From NCBI GenBank assembly GCA_038232275.1, contig JBBSIC010000001.1, forward strand, positions 40,206 through 104,205: a stretch of DNA of 64,000 nt. The letters are read 5' to 3'. The notes beneath the pieces are model-generated. The model searched no databases, had not been told where the DNA came from, and worked only from the letters and a program-made list of their open reading frames with translations. Within the stretch, counting starts at the first letter, position 1. The number at the start of each line of letters is the position of its first letter. The translations under genes were made by a program, and so were the position numbers. Origin of the DNA: Solirubrobacterales bacterium. Lineage in GTDB: Bacteria > Actinomycetota > Thermoleophilia > Solirubrobacterales > Solirubrobacteraceae. Of the stretch, positions 1-8,151 are shown one piece after another.

Positions 1-723
1 CGCCTGCTGACCGGCAACGGGCAGCCGGGAAACCCGGGCTTCCTGCCGCCGGGCCATCCCTTCCACGCCGACGTTCAGCAGTACGCGTTCGACCCCGGCC
101 GCGCCGGGCGCCTGCTCGACGCGGCGGGCTATCCGCGGTCGGGCGGCGGCGTGCGCCGACACGCCGGCGGCGAGTCGCTGAGCTTCACCATCTTGACGGG
201 CAACTCGCCGGTCCCGCCCGTCCTCGACCTGCTCGTGCAGTCGCTGAAGGCGATCGGGGTGGAGCTGCGCGCGCAATCGGTGGACCTCCCCACGCTCTTC
301 GGCCGCCAGCAGAAGGGGGCCGACGACGTCGCGCTGAGCCTGTACCCCGGCCCGGGCGGCACGGCCGTCAATGCCGACCCCGACACGCTGCGCACCTTCT
401 ATTCCTCAAAGCTCAAGGGTCGGCTGCAGGGCGCCCAGGGCTACGTGAACGCGAACTTCGATGCCCTCGCCGAGCGCCAGCTCGTGACGCCGGGCCGAGC
501 CGAGCGCGCGCGAATCCTCGCGCGCATGCAGGCGATCGTCGCGCGCGACCTGCCAGCGCTCCCGCTGTACTACCCCAGCCTCTTCACCGTCTACCGCAAG
601 CGGGCCTTCGATCAGTGGTACCTCACGCCCGGCGGCTTCGCCGGTGGCCTCACGGGCGTGTTCAACAAGCAGATCCTCGTCACCGGCGCCAAGGCGGGCC
701 TGAAGATCGCCCGCCGTCCCTAG
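1..723 (+). CDS. ABC transporter substrate-binding protein, family 5 (peptide/nickel type), C-terminal part; 5' end is upstream of the window
   Basis: Frame 1 is open from base 1 to TAG 721-723, and the listed ORF 151..723 is its tail. ...LLDAAGYPRSGGG... and ...LPALPLYYPSLFTVYRKRAFDQWYLTPGG... look like the C-terminal lobe of DppA/OppA-type binding proteins. Codon position 3 is strongly G/C. Confidence 0.7.
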   Translation, partial: RLLTGNGQPGNPGFLPPGHPFHADVQQYAFDPGRAGRLLDAAGYPRSGGGVRRHAGGESLSFTILTGNSPVPPVLDLLVQSLKAIGVELRAQSVDLPTLFGRQQKGADDVALSLYPGPGGTAVNADPDTLRTFYSSKLKGRLQGAQGYVNANFDALAERQLVTPGRAERARILARMQAIVARDLPALPLYYPSLFTVYRKRAFDQWYLTPGGFAGGLTGVFNKQILVTGAKAGLKIARRP

Positions 724-743
724 TGGAGTCGCGACCACGCGGT

Positions 744-780
744 CCGCGGGGCGCGGCTGGAGCACCAGCCGCGCCCGCGG
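744..780. terminator. GC-rich hairpin between convergent genes (putative bidirectional terminator)
   Basis: CCGCGGGGCGCGGCTGG-agca-CCAGCCGCGCCCGCGG forms a roughly 16-bp near-perfect inverted repeat. It lies in the 78-bp gap between stop 723 (+) and stop 802 (-). Confidence 0.5.
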
Positions 781-801
781 GCCGTCACGGGGGTCCGGGC
801 C

Positions 802-2823
802 TCAGCCGGCCTTGACGTGGACCGGCTTGGCCTTGTCGGCCTTGAGGCGCTTGTTGCCGGCGAAGCGCCCGGTCATCTTGATCGTGACCGGGCGGTGCTT
901 GCCGAGCCGGCGGGCGATGGCGAACTTCAGGTGGATCTTCGCCGTGCAGGACTTGCTGATCGTCTTGCGCCGCGTCGAGATCGTCTTCTTGCCGCGCTTG
1001 GACTGGATCGAGACCTTGCCGCCGGGCCCGCAGAGGTTCTTCTTGGACCGGTGCTTGGGCAGCACGACCCGCGCCCTCGCCGTGTAGCGGTAGGGCAGCG
1101 TCCGATCGCGCTTGGGCTTGACCCGCACCACCAGGCGCACCTTCGCGCGCTTGGGCGTGGAGGGCGGCGTGGACGTCGGCGTCGGGGTCGGAGTGACCGA
1201 CGGCGTCGTCGTCGTCGGCGGCGTGACCGTCGGTGGCACCAGCTTCGGAACGCTGGACAAGAAGACGAACGCCTTTCCCTCGTCCTGGTTGGCCGGGGTG
1301 TCCTGGAACGTCGCGCCGGCGACGTAGTCCGGCTCGCCGTCGCCGTTGAGATCACCCGGGGCGGCCACGCTCCAACCGAGGTTCGACCCCAGGTTGGCGA
1401 AGGTGCCGGCGCCCGGCTGCGCGATGCCGAGGGGCAGCTCGAGCGACTTCAGCGCCGATCCGTCCCTGCCGTCGAAGACGTAGGTCCCGCCGCTCTGGTC
1501 CACGCGACCGGGGCTCTGCAGGTGGTGGGGCGACTGGCCCACGTAGAGGTCGGGAGTGCCGTCCTTGTTGTAGTCGGTCTTGTCGAGCGAGAAGCAGCAC
1601 TGGCCGCCCATGGTCGGCGTGGGATCCTTCGGCTCGTACAGCACGACGCCGTGGCTGCCAGGGGTGTCGACGGTGGCCTTGCCGTCGAAGACCCAGATGC
1701 GCCCCGCGTCGGTTCCGGCCGGGCCGGCCTGCGTGAAGCCGTTGGCGAAGATGTCGGCGCGACCGTCGCCGTTGACGTCTCCGGGCGCCAGCGGCGCCGC
1801 GTCCTGGAACCCGAAGGTCGCACCTGCCTGCGGCGTGGGGTCGTCGATCCGCGCGAGCAGGTCGCCGGTGCTGCCGCTGAAGAGGTACATCGCTCCCTGG
1901 CCGGCGTTGCAGTCGGCGAGGCCGGCGTCGCAGACGGCGCCCGCCGCGGTCTCGCTGAGACTGCTGCCGTCCACCAGCTGGTCGTCGACCCCGTCGCCGT
2001 CCACGTCGCCGGGGCTCTGCACTGACAGGCCGAGGCCGCCGCAGGAGACGGAGCAAGTGGCGGGTTTCTGGTCGGCGGCGGGCAGGTTCAGCGTCCGGAT
2101 CAGCGTGCCGTCCGCGCCGTCGAAGATGTAGGCCTGGCCCTGGTTCTTGCGACAGCCGTCCGGAACGGTGCCGGGCACGTTGCCGCAACCCACCGGCACG
2201 TCGTTGTTCGAGGCGCCCATGATCGAGTCGGGCACCCCGTCGCCGTTGACGTCGCCGGCGCGGCCGATCCGCGACCCGAAGCGGCCGTCGGCCTGCGGGT
2301 TGGGGTTGTTGACCTCGTACAGCAGCCCGCCGGCCTTGCCGCTGAAGACCCAGGCCTTGCCCTGGCCGTCGTTGCATCCCGAGGCCGGTGGCGTGCATGG
2401 GTCGCCGGCCGCCGTGGTGCTCTGGCTGTCCGTGCCGACCGCGAGGTCCTTGGTGCCGTCGCCGTTGACGTCGCCGAGGACGCTGATGAAAAATCCGAAC
2501 TGCGCGTCGGCCTGCATCTCCGGCGAGACGACGGTGTAGATGACCGCGCGGGTCTTGCCGCTGATCGCGTAGACGCGGCCCGCGTTCGTCAACGAGCCGA
2601 CGTCCTCGCTGAGGTCGCCGATGAAGTAGTCGTTGACCCCGTCGCCGTCGATGTCGTCGGTGGCGGCGTGGCGCTCGCCGAACCGGCCTGTGGGCTGGGG
2701 GAACGGCGTATCGACCGAAGTGAGGTCGTAGGCGGTCGTCGGAGTCGCGCCGAACGCGCTCGGCGCGCCGAGCGCCATCGCCACCAGCACCGCCGGGACC
2801 ATCCAAAAACGGGCACTTCGCAT
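802..2823 (-). CDS. Secreted FG-GAP repeat (integrin-alpha-like 7-blade beta-propeller) protein with a Pro/Thr linker and a Lys/Arg-rich C-terminal domain
   Basis: There are seven DxNGDGxxD-type calcium-loop repeats: DIDGDGVNDY, DVNGDGTKDL, DVNGDGVPDS, DVDGDGVDDQ, DVNGDGRADI, DYNKDGTPDL and DLNGDGEPDY. The signal peptide is MRSARFWMVPAVLVAMALGAPSAFG. I prefer the ATG at 2823 because GGAAGG lies about 8 nt upstream; the listed ORF starts at GTG 2838. Confidence 0.85.
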   Translation of the reverse strand: MRSARFWMVPAVLVAMALGAPSAFGATPTTAYDLTSVDTPFPQPTGRFGERHAATDDIDGDGVNDYFIGDLSEDVGSLTNAGRVYAISGKTRAVIYTVVSPEMQADAQFGFFISVLGDVNGDGTKDLAVGTDSQSTTAAGDPCTPPASGCNDGQGKAWVFSGKAGGLLYEVNNPNPQADGRFGSRIGRAGDVNGDGVPDSIMGASNNDVPVGCGNVPGTVPDGCRKNQGQAYIFDGADGTLIRTLNLPAADQKPATCSVSCGGLGLSVQSPGDVDGDGVDDQLVDGSSLSETAAGAVCDAGLADCNAGQGAMYLFSGSTGDLLARIDDPTPQAGATFGFQDAAPLAPGDVNGDGRADIFANGFTQAGPAGTDAGRIWVFDGKATVDTPGSHGVVLYEPKDPTPTMGGQCCFSLDKTDYNKDGTPDLYVGQSPHHLQSPGRVDQSGGTYVFDGRDGSALKSLELPLGIAQPGAGTFANLGSNLGWSVAAPGDLNGDGEPDYVAGATFQDTPANQDEGKAFVFLSSVPKLVPPTVTPPTTTTPSVTPTPTPTSTPPSTPKRAKVRLVVRVKPKRDRTLPYRYTARARVVLPKHRSKKNLCGPGGKVSIQSKRGKKTISTRRKTISKSCTAKIHLKFAIARRLGKHRPVTIKMTGRFAGNKRLKADKAKPVHVKAG

Positions 2824-3001
2824 GCATGCGCCTTCCACTCGAGATCGAAACCCGGTGGGAACCTAGTCGATCGGGCGCCAGATTGGTACACACGTCGCTA
2901 CGTGTGAATCGCATCTAGCCTGAGGTGCCGGCCCCCGCAAGCCGTCCATCTAGCGGAGGCGGGCATCTCGCCCGTGGCCGGAGGCGCCGCGCTTCGCGAC
3001 C

Positions 3002-3170
3002 GCTTAGGAAGCGTCCGAAAACAAGTTGTGGGTTTGGGTGCCGGATCGTGGATGCGCGGCGCCGCACGGTCCCGTAGGCAATACCGGTGGTATTGGCAAG
3101 GGGCCGGGTGGCTCCGCGCGCCGCGAGACGGTGCCCAAACGCGCACCTTGTTGATGGACGCTTCCTTAGC
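3002..3170. repeat. 169-bp long imperfect palindrome with 15-bp terminal inverted repeats (MITE-like element or structured RNA)
   Basis: GCTTAGGAAGCGTCC (3002-3016) pairs with GGACGCTTCCTTAGC (3156-3170) at 14 of 15 positions. The inner arms pair partially (AACAAG/CTTGTT, GTTTGGG/CCCAAAC). A central hairpin is CAATACC-ggt-GGTATTG. The segment is non-coding and lower in GC than its flanks. Confidence 0.5.
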
Positions 3171-3180
3171 CGAGCCGGCC

Positions 3181-3210
3181 GGTCGGGCCCGCGCGGAGGC
3201 GGACCCGACC
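3181..3210 (-). terminator. Hairpin immediately downstream of the MFS gene stop
   Basis: GGTCGGGCCC-gcgcggaggc-GGACCCGACC has a 9-10-bp stem and starts 10 nt after the stop at 3220-3222 (minus strand). There is no U-tract, which is usual for high-GC genomes. Confidence 0.4.
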
Positions 3211-3219
3211 TGACCCGGC

Positions 3220-4662
3220 TCACACGGCGACCGGCCGGTCCTGCGGCGCCGGCTCGGCCGGGGCCGGCTCGGCGGCCGCCGGGCGACGCAGGGTGAGCGC
3301 CGCCACCGCACCTCCGATCACTGCGACGGCCGCCGCCCCGAGGAAGGCGGCCGAGTAGCCATCGGTGAGCGCGGAGGCGCTGGCGAGGCGGTCCGCGCCG
3401 TTCGCGCTCGCCACGGCGGTGATGGCCGCCAGCCCGAGCGCCGAGCCGACCTGGTACCCGGTGTTGACGATGCCGGAGGCGAGCCCGCCTTCCTCCGGAC
3501 GGGCGCTGGAGATCGCGGTCTGCAGGGACGGGATGAAGGCCAACGCCATGCCTGCGGCCGCCACCAGGGAGGCCGGCAGCACGTCGACGGCGAAGCTTCC
3601 GTCAGACCGGATGAGCGACAGGCCCACGAGGCCGGCTGCCAGGAGCAGCAGGCCGCCGACGATCAACGGCTTGGCGCCGAAGCGTGCCATCAGGCGCGGG
3701 GCCACGAGCACCATGCCCACCATGATGGCCAGCGTCATCGGCAGCAGGGCGGCGCCGCCGGCGAAGGCGCCAAAGCCGAGCACCTGCTGCAGGTAGAGGT
3801 TCAAGAAGAACCACATCGGCACCCACGCGGCTCCGAGGAGGACCTGCGCGAGATTGGCGCCGGCCAGGTTCGGCGTCCGGAGGATGCCGAGGCGCATGAG
3901 CGGCTCGCGGCGAGCGTTCTGCACCGCGACGAACAGCGCGAGGGCGACCAGCCCGCCGGCCAGGACCCCCAGGGTCTGGGCCGAGCCCCAACCCTGCTCG
4001 GGGGCCCGAACGATGGCGAACACCGTCGCCGCGAGGCCACCGGTCGCCAGGATGGCGCCGACGACGTCCACCGAGCCGCGCCGCGCCAGCACCGACGGCA
4101 TCAGCCGCGGCGTGAGCGCCAGGGCCAGGAGGGCGACGGGGATGTTGATGAAGAACACCCAGGGCCAGCTCGCCCATTCGGTGATCACTCCACCGAGGAA
4201 GACCCCCGCCGTGCCACCGGCCGGGGCGGCCGCCCCGTAGATGGCGAAGGCCTTCATCAGCTCCTTCGGGTTGTGCCCGAAGAGCATGATGAGCAGGGTC
4301 AGCGCCGATGGCGCGATGAGCGCCGCGCCGGCGCCCTGAACGGCGCGGGCGGCAATCTCGACGCCGGTGGAATCAGCGAGCCCCGCGACCAGCGAGCCCG
4401 CGGCGAGCACGACCCAGCCAAGGGCGAACAGCCGCTTGGCGCCGAACAGATCCGAGAGCCGCCCACCGAGCAGCAGCAGGCCGCCGAAGGCGATGACATA
4501 CGCGTTGAACACCCAGGACAGCTCGCCGGGGGCGAAGCCGAGATCGACGCGGATGTCCGGAAGCGCGACGCCGATGATGGAGGTGTCCATGATGACCATG
4601 AACTGCGCGAGCGCGATCACGGCAAGGGCCGTCCAGCGCCGCGGATTGATTGCGGTTTGCAT
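3220..4662 (-). CDS. MFS transporter, DHA2 (EmrB/QacA-like, 14-TMS) drug/H+ antiporter family
   Basis: The N-terminus is RRWTALAVIALAQFMVIMDTSIIGVALPDI. MFS motif A is present as GGRLSDLFGAKR. About 14 hydrophobic segments are visible. The RBS AAGGAGAAGG lies just upstream of ATG 4662. Confidence 0.9.
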   Translation of the reverse strand: MQTAINPRRWTALAVIALAQFMVIMDTSIIGVALPDIRVDLGFAPGELSWVFNAYVIAFGGLLLLGGRLSDLFGAKRLFALGWVVLAAGSLVAGLADSTGVEIAARAVQGAGAALIAPSALTLLIMLFGHNPKELMKAFAIYGAAAPAGGTAGVFLGGVITEWASWPWVFFINIPVALLALALTPRLMPSVLARRGSVDVVGAILATGGLAATVFAIVRAPEQGWGSAQTLGVLAGGLVALALFVAVQNARREPLMRLGILRTPNLAGANLAQVLLGAAWVPMWFFLNLYLQQVLGFGAFAGGAALLPMTLAIMVGMVLVAPRLMARFGAKPLIVGGLLLLAAGLVGLSLIRSDGSFAVDVLPASLVAAAGMALAFIPSLQTAISSARPEEGGLASGIVNTGYQVGSALGLAAITAVASANGADRLASASALTDGYSAAFLGAAAVAVIGGAVAALTLRRPAAAEPAPAEPAPQDRPVAV

Positions 4663-4693
4663 GCCTTCTCCTTTGGGCCTGGCGGCCCGGTCA

Positions 4694-4747
4694 ATACACC
4701 CAGGGGGTATATGTGCGTTCGACCGTTATACACCCCCTGGGGGTATA
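4694..4747. promoter_or_regulatory. Two copies of an AT-flanked C-tract/G-tract palindrome (CsoR/RcnR-type operator-like) upstream of the MFS gene
   Basis: Site 1 is 4694-4712, ATACACCCAGGGGGTATAT. Site 2 is 4727-4747, TATACACCCCCTGGGGGTATA. Both lie in the 93-bp gap between the ABM pseudogene stop (4756) and the MFS start (4662). Confidence 0.45.
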
Positions 4748-4755
4748 CCGCAAGC

Positions 4756-5090
4756 TCAGGCACAAGCCGCCGCGGCCTGTTCAAACGCCGGCTGCTGGAG
4801 CGCCCGCGAGAACATCAGCGGGCTCGACCAGCGGACAATGCTGACGAAACGGAAGTCCGCCTCCGACGCCAGGCGGCGGTGCAGCCGCGTCCCCAAATAG
4901 CCCCCTGCTGCACGAGCACGTCCCGCGCACCGTCCCAGGCCGCCACGAACCGCTCGTCGGCGTCCGGCGGCACCTCGAACCGGTTGATCAGCTCCGCGCC
5001 CCCGGCGCCCGCGTCGGGCGGTACCTCGAACGCGTTGATCAGGGTGACGGGGGCAGCTGCGCTACGAGTCGTAGCGCGGGCGATCGCCAC
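4756..5090 (-). pseudogene. ABM (antibiotic biosynthesis monooxygenase-like) domain gene disrupted by a -1 frame change in a G5 run, with an internal 51-bp imperfect duplication
   Basis: Listed ORF 4815..5090 reads ...LINAFEVPPDAGAGGAELINRFEVPPDADERFVAAWDGARDVLVQQG and then turns to junk. Shifting by -1 at the C5 run 4901-4905 gives GYLGTRLHRRLASEADFRFVSIVRWSSPLMFSRALQQPAFEQAAAACA*, a typical ABM C-terminal half. That frame ends at TGA 4756-4758. Confidence 0.6.
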
Positions 5091-5514
5091 CGCCCGCGCC
5101 GGAGCCCGGAGTCCAGGGGCGGTCGTCGTCGTCGTCGCGGGGCTCGCGCTTGGCGAAGCCGCGAGACAGGATGTAGGCGGCCGCGAGGCCGGCGATCAGC
5201 TGCCATGCGCCCTTGGCATCGAAGGAATCGGCGGCTGCCGCGCCGATGCCGACGGCCAGGGCGGTGAGCACGAACGCCCAGAACTCGCTGCGCTGCCAGA
5301 AGGGGTAGATGTAGACGCCCGGGCGACCGTGGGGCGTGACGACGCCGGCGTTGGGGCCGCCGCCTGGCGGGCGCCGACGGTCGTACTGGCCGGTGTCGAG
5401 CGGCGCGGTGGCGCGCTGCTGCTCGTAGGCGGGGTCGTGCGTCGGCATCGGGCCGGTGTCTGGAGCGGGACCGGGAGCAGGACCGGGGATGGGGCGTGTG
5501 GGGTCGAGGCTCAT
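5062..5514 (-). CDS. Hypothetical small membrane protein (Pro-rich N-terminus, two predicted TM helices, acidic tail)
   Basis: Codon bias is coherent. Hydrophobic segments are FWAFVLTALAVGIGAAAA and WQLIAGLAAAYILS. I recognise no family. Confidence 0.5.
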   Translation of the reverse strand: MSLDPTRPIPGPAPGPAPDTGPMPTHDPAYEQQRATAPLDTGQYDRRRPPGGGPNAGVVTPHGRPGVYIYPFWQRSEFWAFVLTALAVGIGAAAADSFDAKGAWQLIAGLAAAYILSRGFAKREPRDDDDDRPWTPGSGAGGGDRPRYDS

Positions 5515-5611
5515 GCCGACGGCACTTCCCCGGGCGCGGGCGTGCCAACCCGCCTCGTCAATCCCGGTTGTCGCGCGGCGCTGGCGGCCTCCGCTGCGTA
5601 GGCTCAGCGAC

Positions 5612-6589
5612 GTGCCAGACGGCGGTCAACGCACGCTGGCGGCCCGGCTGCTGGGGGCGGGCGCCAAGGGCGCCGAGCGCGTCGCCGTCGCCACCGGGGT
5701 CGACAAGGCGATCGAGGACGGCATCGAGGAGGCGATCGTGCGCGCGCTGCGCAGCCCGGCGGTCGAGCGCGCGCTCGTCCGCGTCATCCAGCGCAACGCC
5801 GTCCAGGACGCGATCAGCGGGGCGCTGACCGGCGACGAGGTGGCGGAGGCGATCATCGTCGCGCTCGAGTCCAAGGCCGCCGACAAGGTGTGGGCGGAGA
5901 TCCTCGCCGGCGACAAGGCGCAGATGCTCGTGGAGCGGATCGCCCAGGCCCCGGAGGTCCGCGCCGCGCTCGCGTCCCAGGGCGCCGGCCTGATCACCGA
6001 CATCGGCATCCGGCTGACCGTGGTCACCGAGGCGCTCGACGACGCGGTAGAGAGCGTCGTGCACCGCGTCCTGCGGCGCGCTGACCACGAGCTCGAGACC
6101 GACCAGGCGGGGCTGATCACGCGCGCGGTGGCCGCCGCCGTCGACCTCGGGCTGCTCACCATCCTCTTCTCGGTCACGTCCGGATGGTTCGCCTCGGTCT
6201 TCCCGGCGGTCGCCCGCAACGGCGGCCACCTGTCGCTGCCCGTCGCGATCGTCCTCGGCGTCCTGGCCGTCGGAGTCGGTGGCGGCATCGTCGTCGCGTT
6301 CTGGGCGCTCGTCGGCACCACGCCCGGCATGCGCTTCTTGAGCATCCGCCTCGAGGCCGAGGACGCTCAGGGCATCGGGCTGCGCTGCGCGATCCGCCGC
6401 CTGCTGGCGGTCCCGCTCGCGCTGCTGCCCCTCGGGCTCGGCTTCCTGGCGATCCTCGTGTCGCCGCAGCGGCGAGGGTGGCACGACCGGCTCGCGGGCA
6501 CCCAGGTGGTCTACGACGCCGCGCGGCGGCGCGCGCCGCACGCCGGCGAGGCCGCCGACGGCACGTCCGCCGAGGCGCGGGCCGCCTGA
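5612..6589 (+). CDS. RDD family membrane protein with a long helical N-terminal domain
   Basis: The C-terminal part ...GTTPGMRFLSIRLEAEDAQGIGLRCAIRRLL...RRGWHDRLAGTQVVYD matches the RDD-domain pattern. I chose the GTG at 5612 so the gene does not overlap the divergent gene ending at 5514. Confidence 0.7.
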   Translation: MPDGGQRTLAARLLGAGAKGAERVAVATGVDKAIEDGIEEAIVRALRSPAVERALVRVIQRNAVQDAISGALTGDEVAEAIIVALESKAADKVWAEILAGDKAQMLVERIAQAPEVRAALASQGAGLITDIGIRLTVVTEALDDAVESVVHRVLRRADHELETDQAGLITRAVAAAVDLGLLTILFSVTSGWFASVFPAVARNGGHLSLPVAIVLGVLAVGVGGGIVVAFWALVGTTPGMRFLSIRLEAEDAQGIGLRCAIRRLLAVPLALLPLGLGFLAILVSPQRRGWHDRLAGTQVVYDAARRRAPHAGEAADGTSAEARAA

Positions 6590-7357
6590 TCAGGCGCGCA
6601 GCTTGTAGCCCCTGGAGAACAGCCGCAGGTTGACGGCGAACAGGGCGGACGCGGCCAGGGCGAGCAGTCCGAGCGACAGCGCGACGTTGGCCTCCGTGTA
6701 CCCGAGGAACCCATAGCGGACCAGGTTGATCATGTAGTAGACGGGGTTGAAGTGGGTCAGGGTCTGAAACGGCTCGGGCAGCAGCGACGCCGAATAGAAG
6801 ACGCCCCCGAGGAAGATCAGCGGCTGCACCACGAAGGTCTGCGCGAAGGCGATGTCGTCGAACTGCTCGGCGCGGACGCCGACGAGGACGCCGAGCTGGG
6901 CGAACAGGAAGCCGACCAGCAGGAGGCCGGGGACGAGGACCGCAAGGTGCTCGACCGGCAGCCCGACGAGCAGCGCGCTGGCCACGAAGGTCAGCGTCGC
7001 GACCATCATCCCGCGCAGAAAGCCGCCGAGCGTCAACGCGAGCAGCAGCTGGCCCGGCGAGGCGGGCGAGGAGAGCTGGTCGTCGATCGCGCGCTGGATC
7101 TTCTGCTGCAGGATCGAGGCGGAGTTGTTGGAGAAGGCGTTGGTGGCCCAGGCCATCATGATGAGGCCGGGGATCACGAAGACGACGTAGTCGATTCCGT
7201 GCAGCTGCTTGATCCGCGAGCCCAGCGCCGCGCCGAACACGGAGATGTAGAGGAAGGTCTCCAGCAGCGGCGCCCCGACGGTCTGGCGCTTGATCTTCAT
7301 GAAGCGGTTGACCTCGCGCCGGACGAGCGTGAAGAAGCGGATCTGCGCGGCACTCAC
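6590..7357 (-). CDS. ABC-2 type transporter permease
   Basis: It has six hydrophobic segments and an ABC-2 style sequence (FLYISVFGAALG..., NPVYYMINLVRYGFLGY). Its start overlaps the stop of the upstream ATPase by 4 nt. Confidence 0.85.
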   Translation of the reverse strand: MSAAQIRFFTLVRREVNRFMKIKRQTVGAPLLETFLYISVFGAALGSRIKQLHGIDYVVFVIPGLIMMAWATNAFSNNSASILQQKIQRAIDDQLSSPASPGQLLLALTLGGFLRGMMVATLTFVASALLVGLPVEHLAVLVPGLLLVGFLFAQLGVLVGVRAEQFDDIAFAQTFVVQPLIFLGGVFYSASLLPEPFQTLTHFNPVYYMINLVRYGFLGYTEANVALSLGLLALAASALFAVNLRLFSRGYKLRA

Positions 7358-8121
7358 GGCGCGGCGTCTGGGACGAGCGCGCGGGAGAGCTCCTTGCGCC
7401 CGACGAGCTCGAGGTAGGCGTCCTCCAGGCTGCCGACCCCGTAGCGCGCCGCGAGCTCCCGGCTACTGCCGTCGGCGACGATCTGGCCGTCGTTGATGAA
7501 GGCGATGCGGCTGCAGAGCTGCTCGGCCTCCTCGAGATAGTGCGTGGTGAGCAGGATCGTCGTCCCCTCGCCGTTGATGCGCTGGACGTAGCGCCACAGC
7601 TCGAGCCGCAGCTCGACGTCGACGCCCGCGGTCGGCTCGTCGAGGATCAGCAGCCGCGGGCGGTGCATCAGCGCGCGGGCGAGGATCAGCCGGCGCTTCA
7701 TCCCGCCGGACAGGGTGAGCGTGCGGTCCTTGCGCTTGGCGGTCAGCGAGAAGGCGTCGAGCAGCTCGGCGCTGCGCTCCTTGCGCTCCTTGCGCGGCAT
7801 CCCGAAGTAGCCGCCGTGGTAGTCGAGGGACTCCTCGAGCGTGAGAAACGAGTCGAGGTTGAGCTCCTGCGGCGCGAGCCCGACGGCCGCGCGCGCCTCC
7901 CCGTAGTGCTCGATCGCGTCATGCCCGAAGACCTCGATCGCACCCGACGTGGGGCGGGCGAGGCCGGTCGTGCAGTGGATCAGCGTCGACTTGCCGGCCC
8001 CGTTTGGGCCGAGCAGGCCGAAGAACTCGCCGTCCTCGATGTCGAGGGACACGCCGCGCAGCGCCTCGGTCCCCGTCGCGTACCGCTTCACGAGGTCGGT
8101 GATGTGGAGGGCTCGGGGCAC
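7354..8121 (-). CDS. ABC transporter ATP-binding protein (DrrA/NatA-like)
   Basis: Walker A is GPNGAGKST, the signature is LSGGMKRRL, and Walker B is LLILDEPTAGVD. Confidence 0.95.
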   Translation of the reverse strand: MPRALHITDLVKRYATGTEALRGVSLDIEDGEFFGLLGPNGAGKSTLIHCTTGLARPTSGAIEVFGHDAIEHYGEARAAVGLAPQELNLDSFLTLEESLDYHGGYFGMPRKERKERSAELLDAFSLTAKRKDRTLTLSGGMKRRLILARALMHRPRLLILDEPTAGVDVELRLELWRYVQRINGEGTTILLTTHYLEEAEQLCSRIAFINDGQIVADGSSRELAARYGVGSLEDAYLELVGRKELSRALVPDAAP

Positions 8122-8151
8122 GCCCCTGCGAGCGTACCGGCCGCTGGTGGG

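Noticed and set aside
2912-2954. An 8-bp direct repeat CATCTAGC (2912-2919 and 2947-2954) in the FG-GAP upstream region.
   Set aside because: It is too short to distinguish from chance, and it has no palindromic or phased structure.
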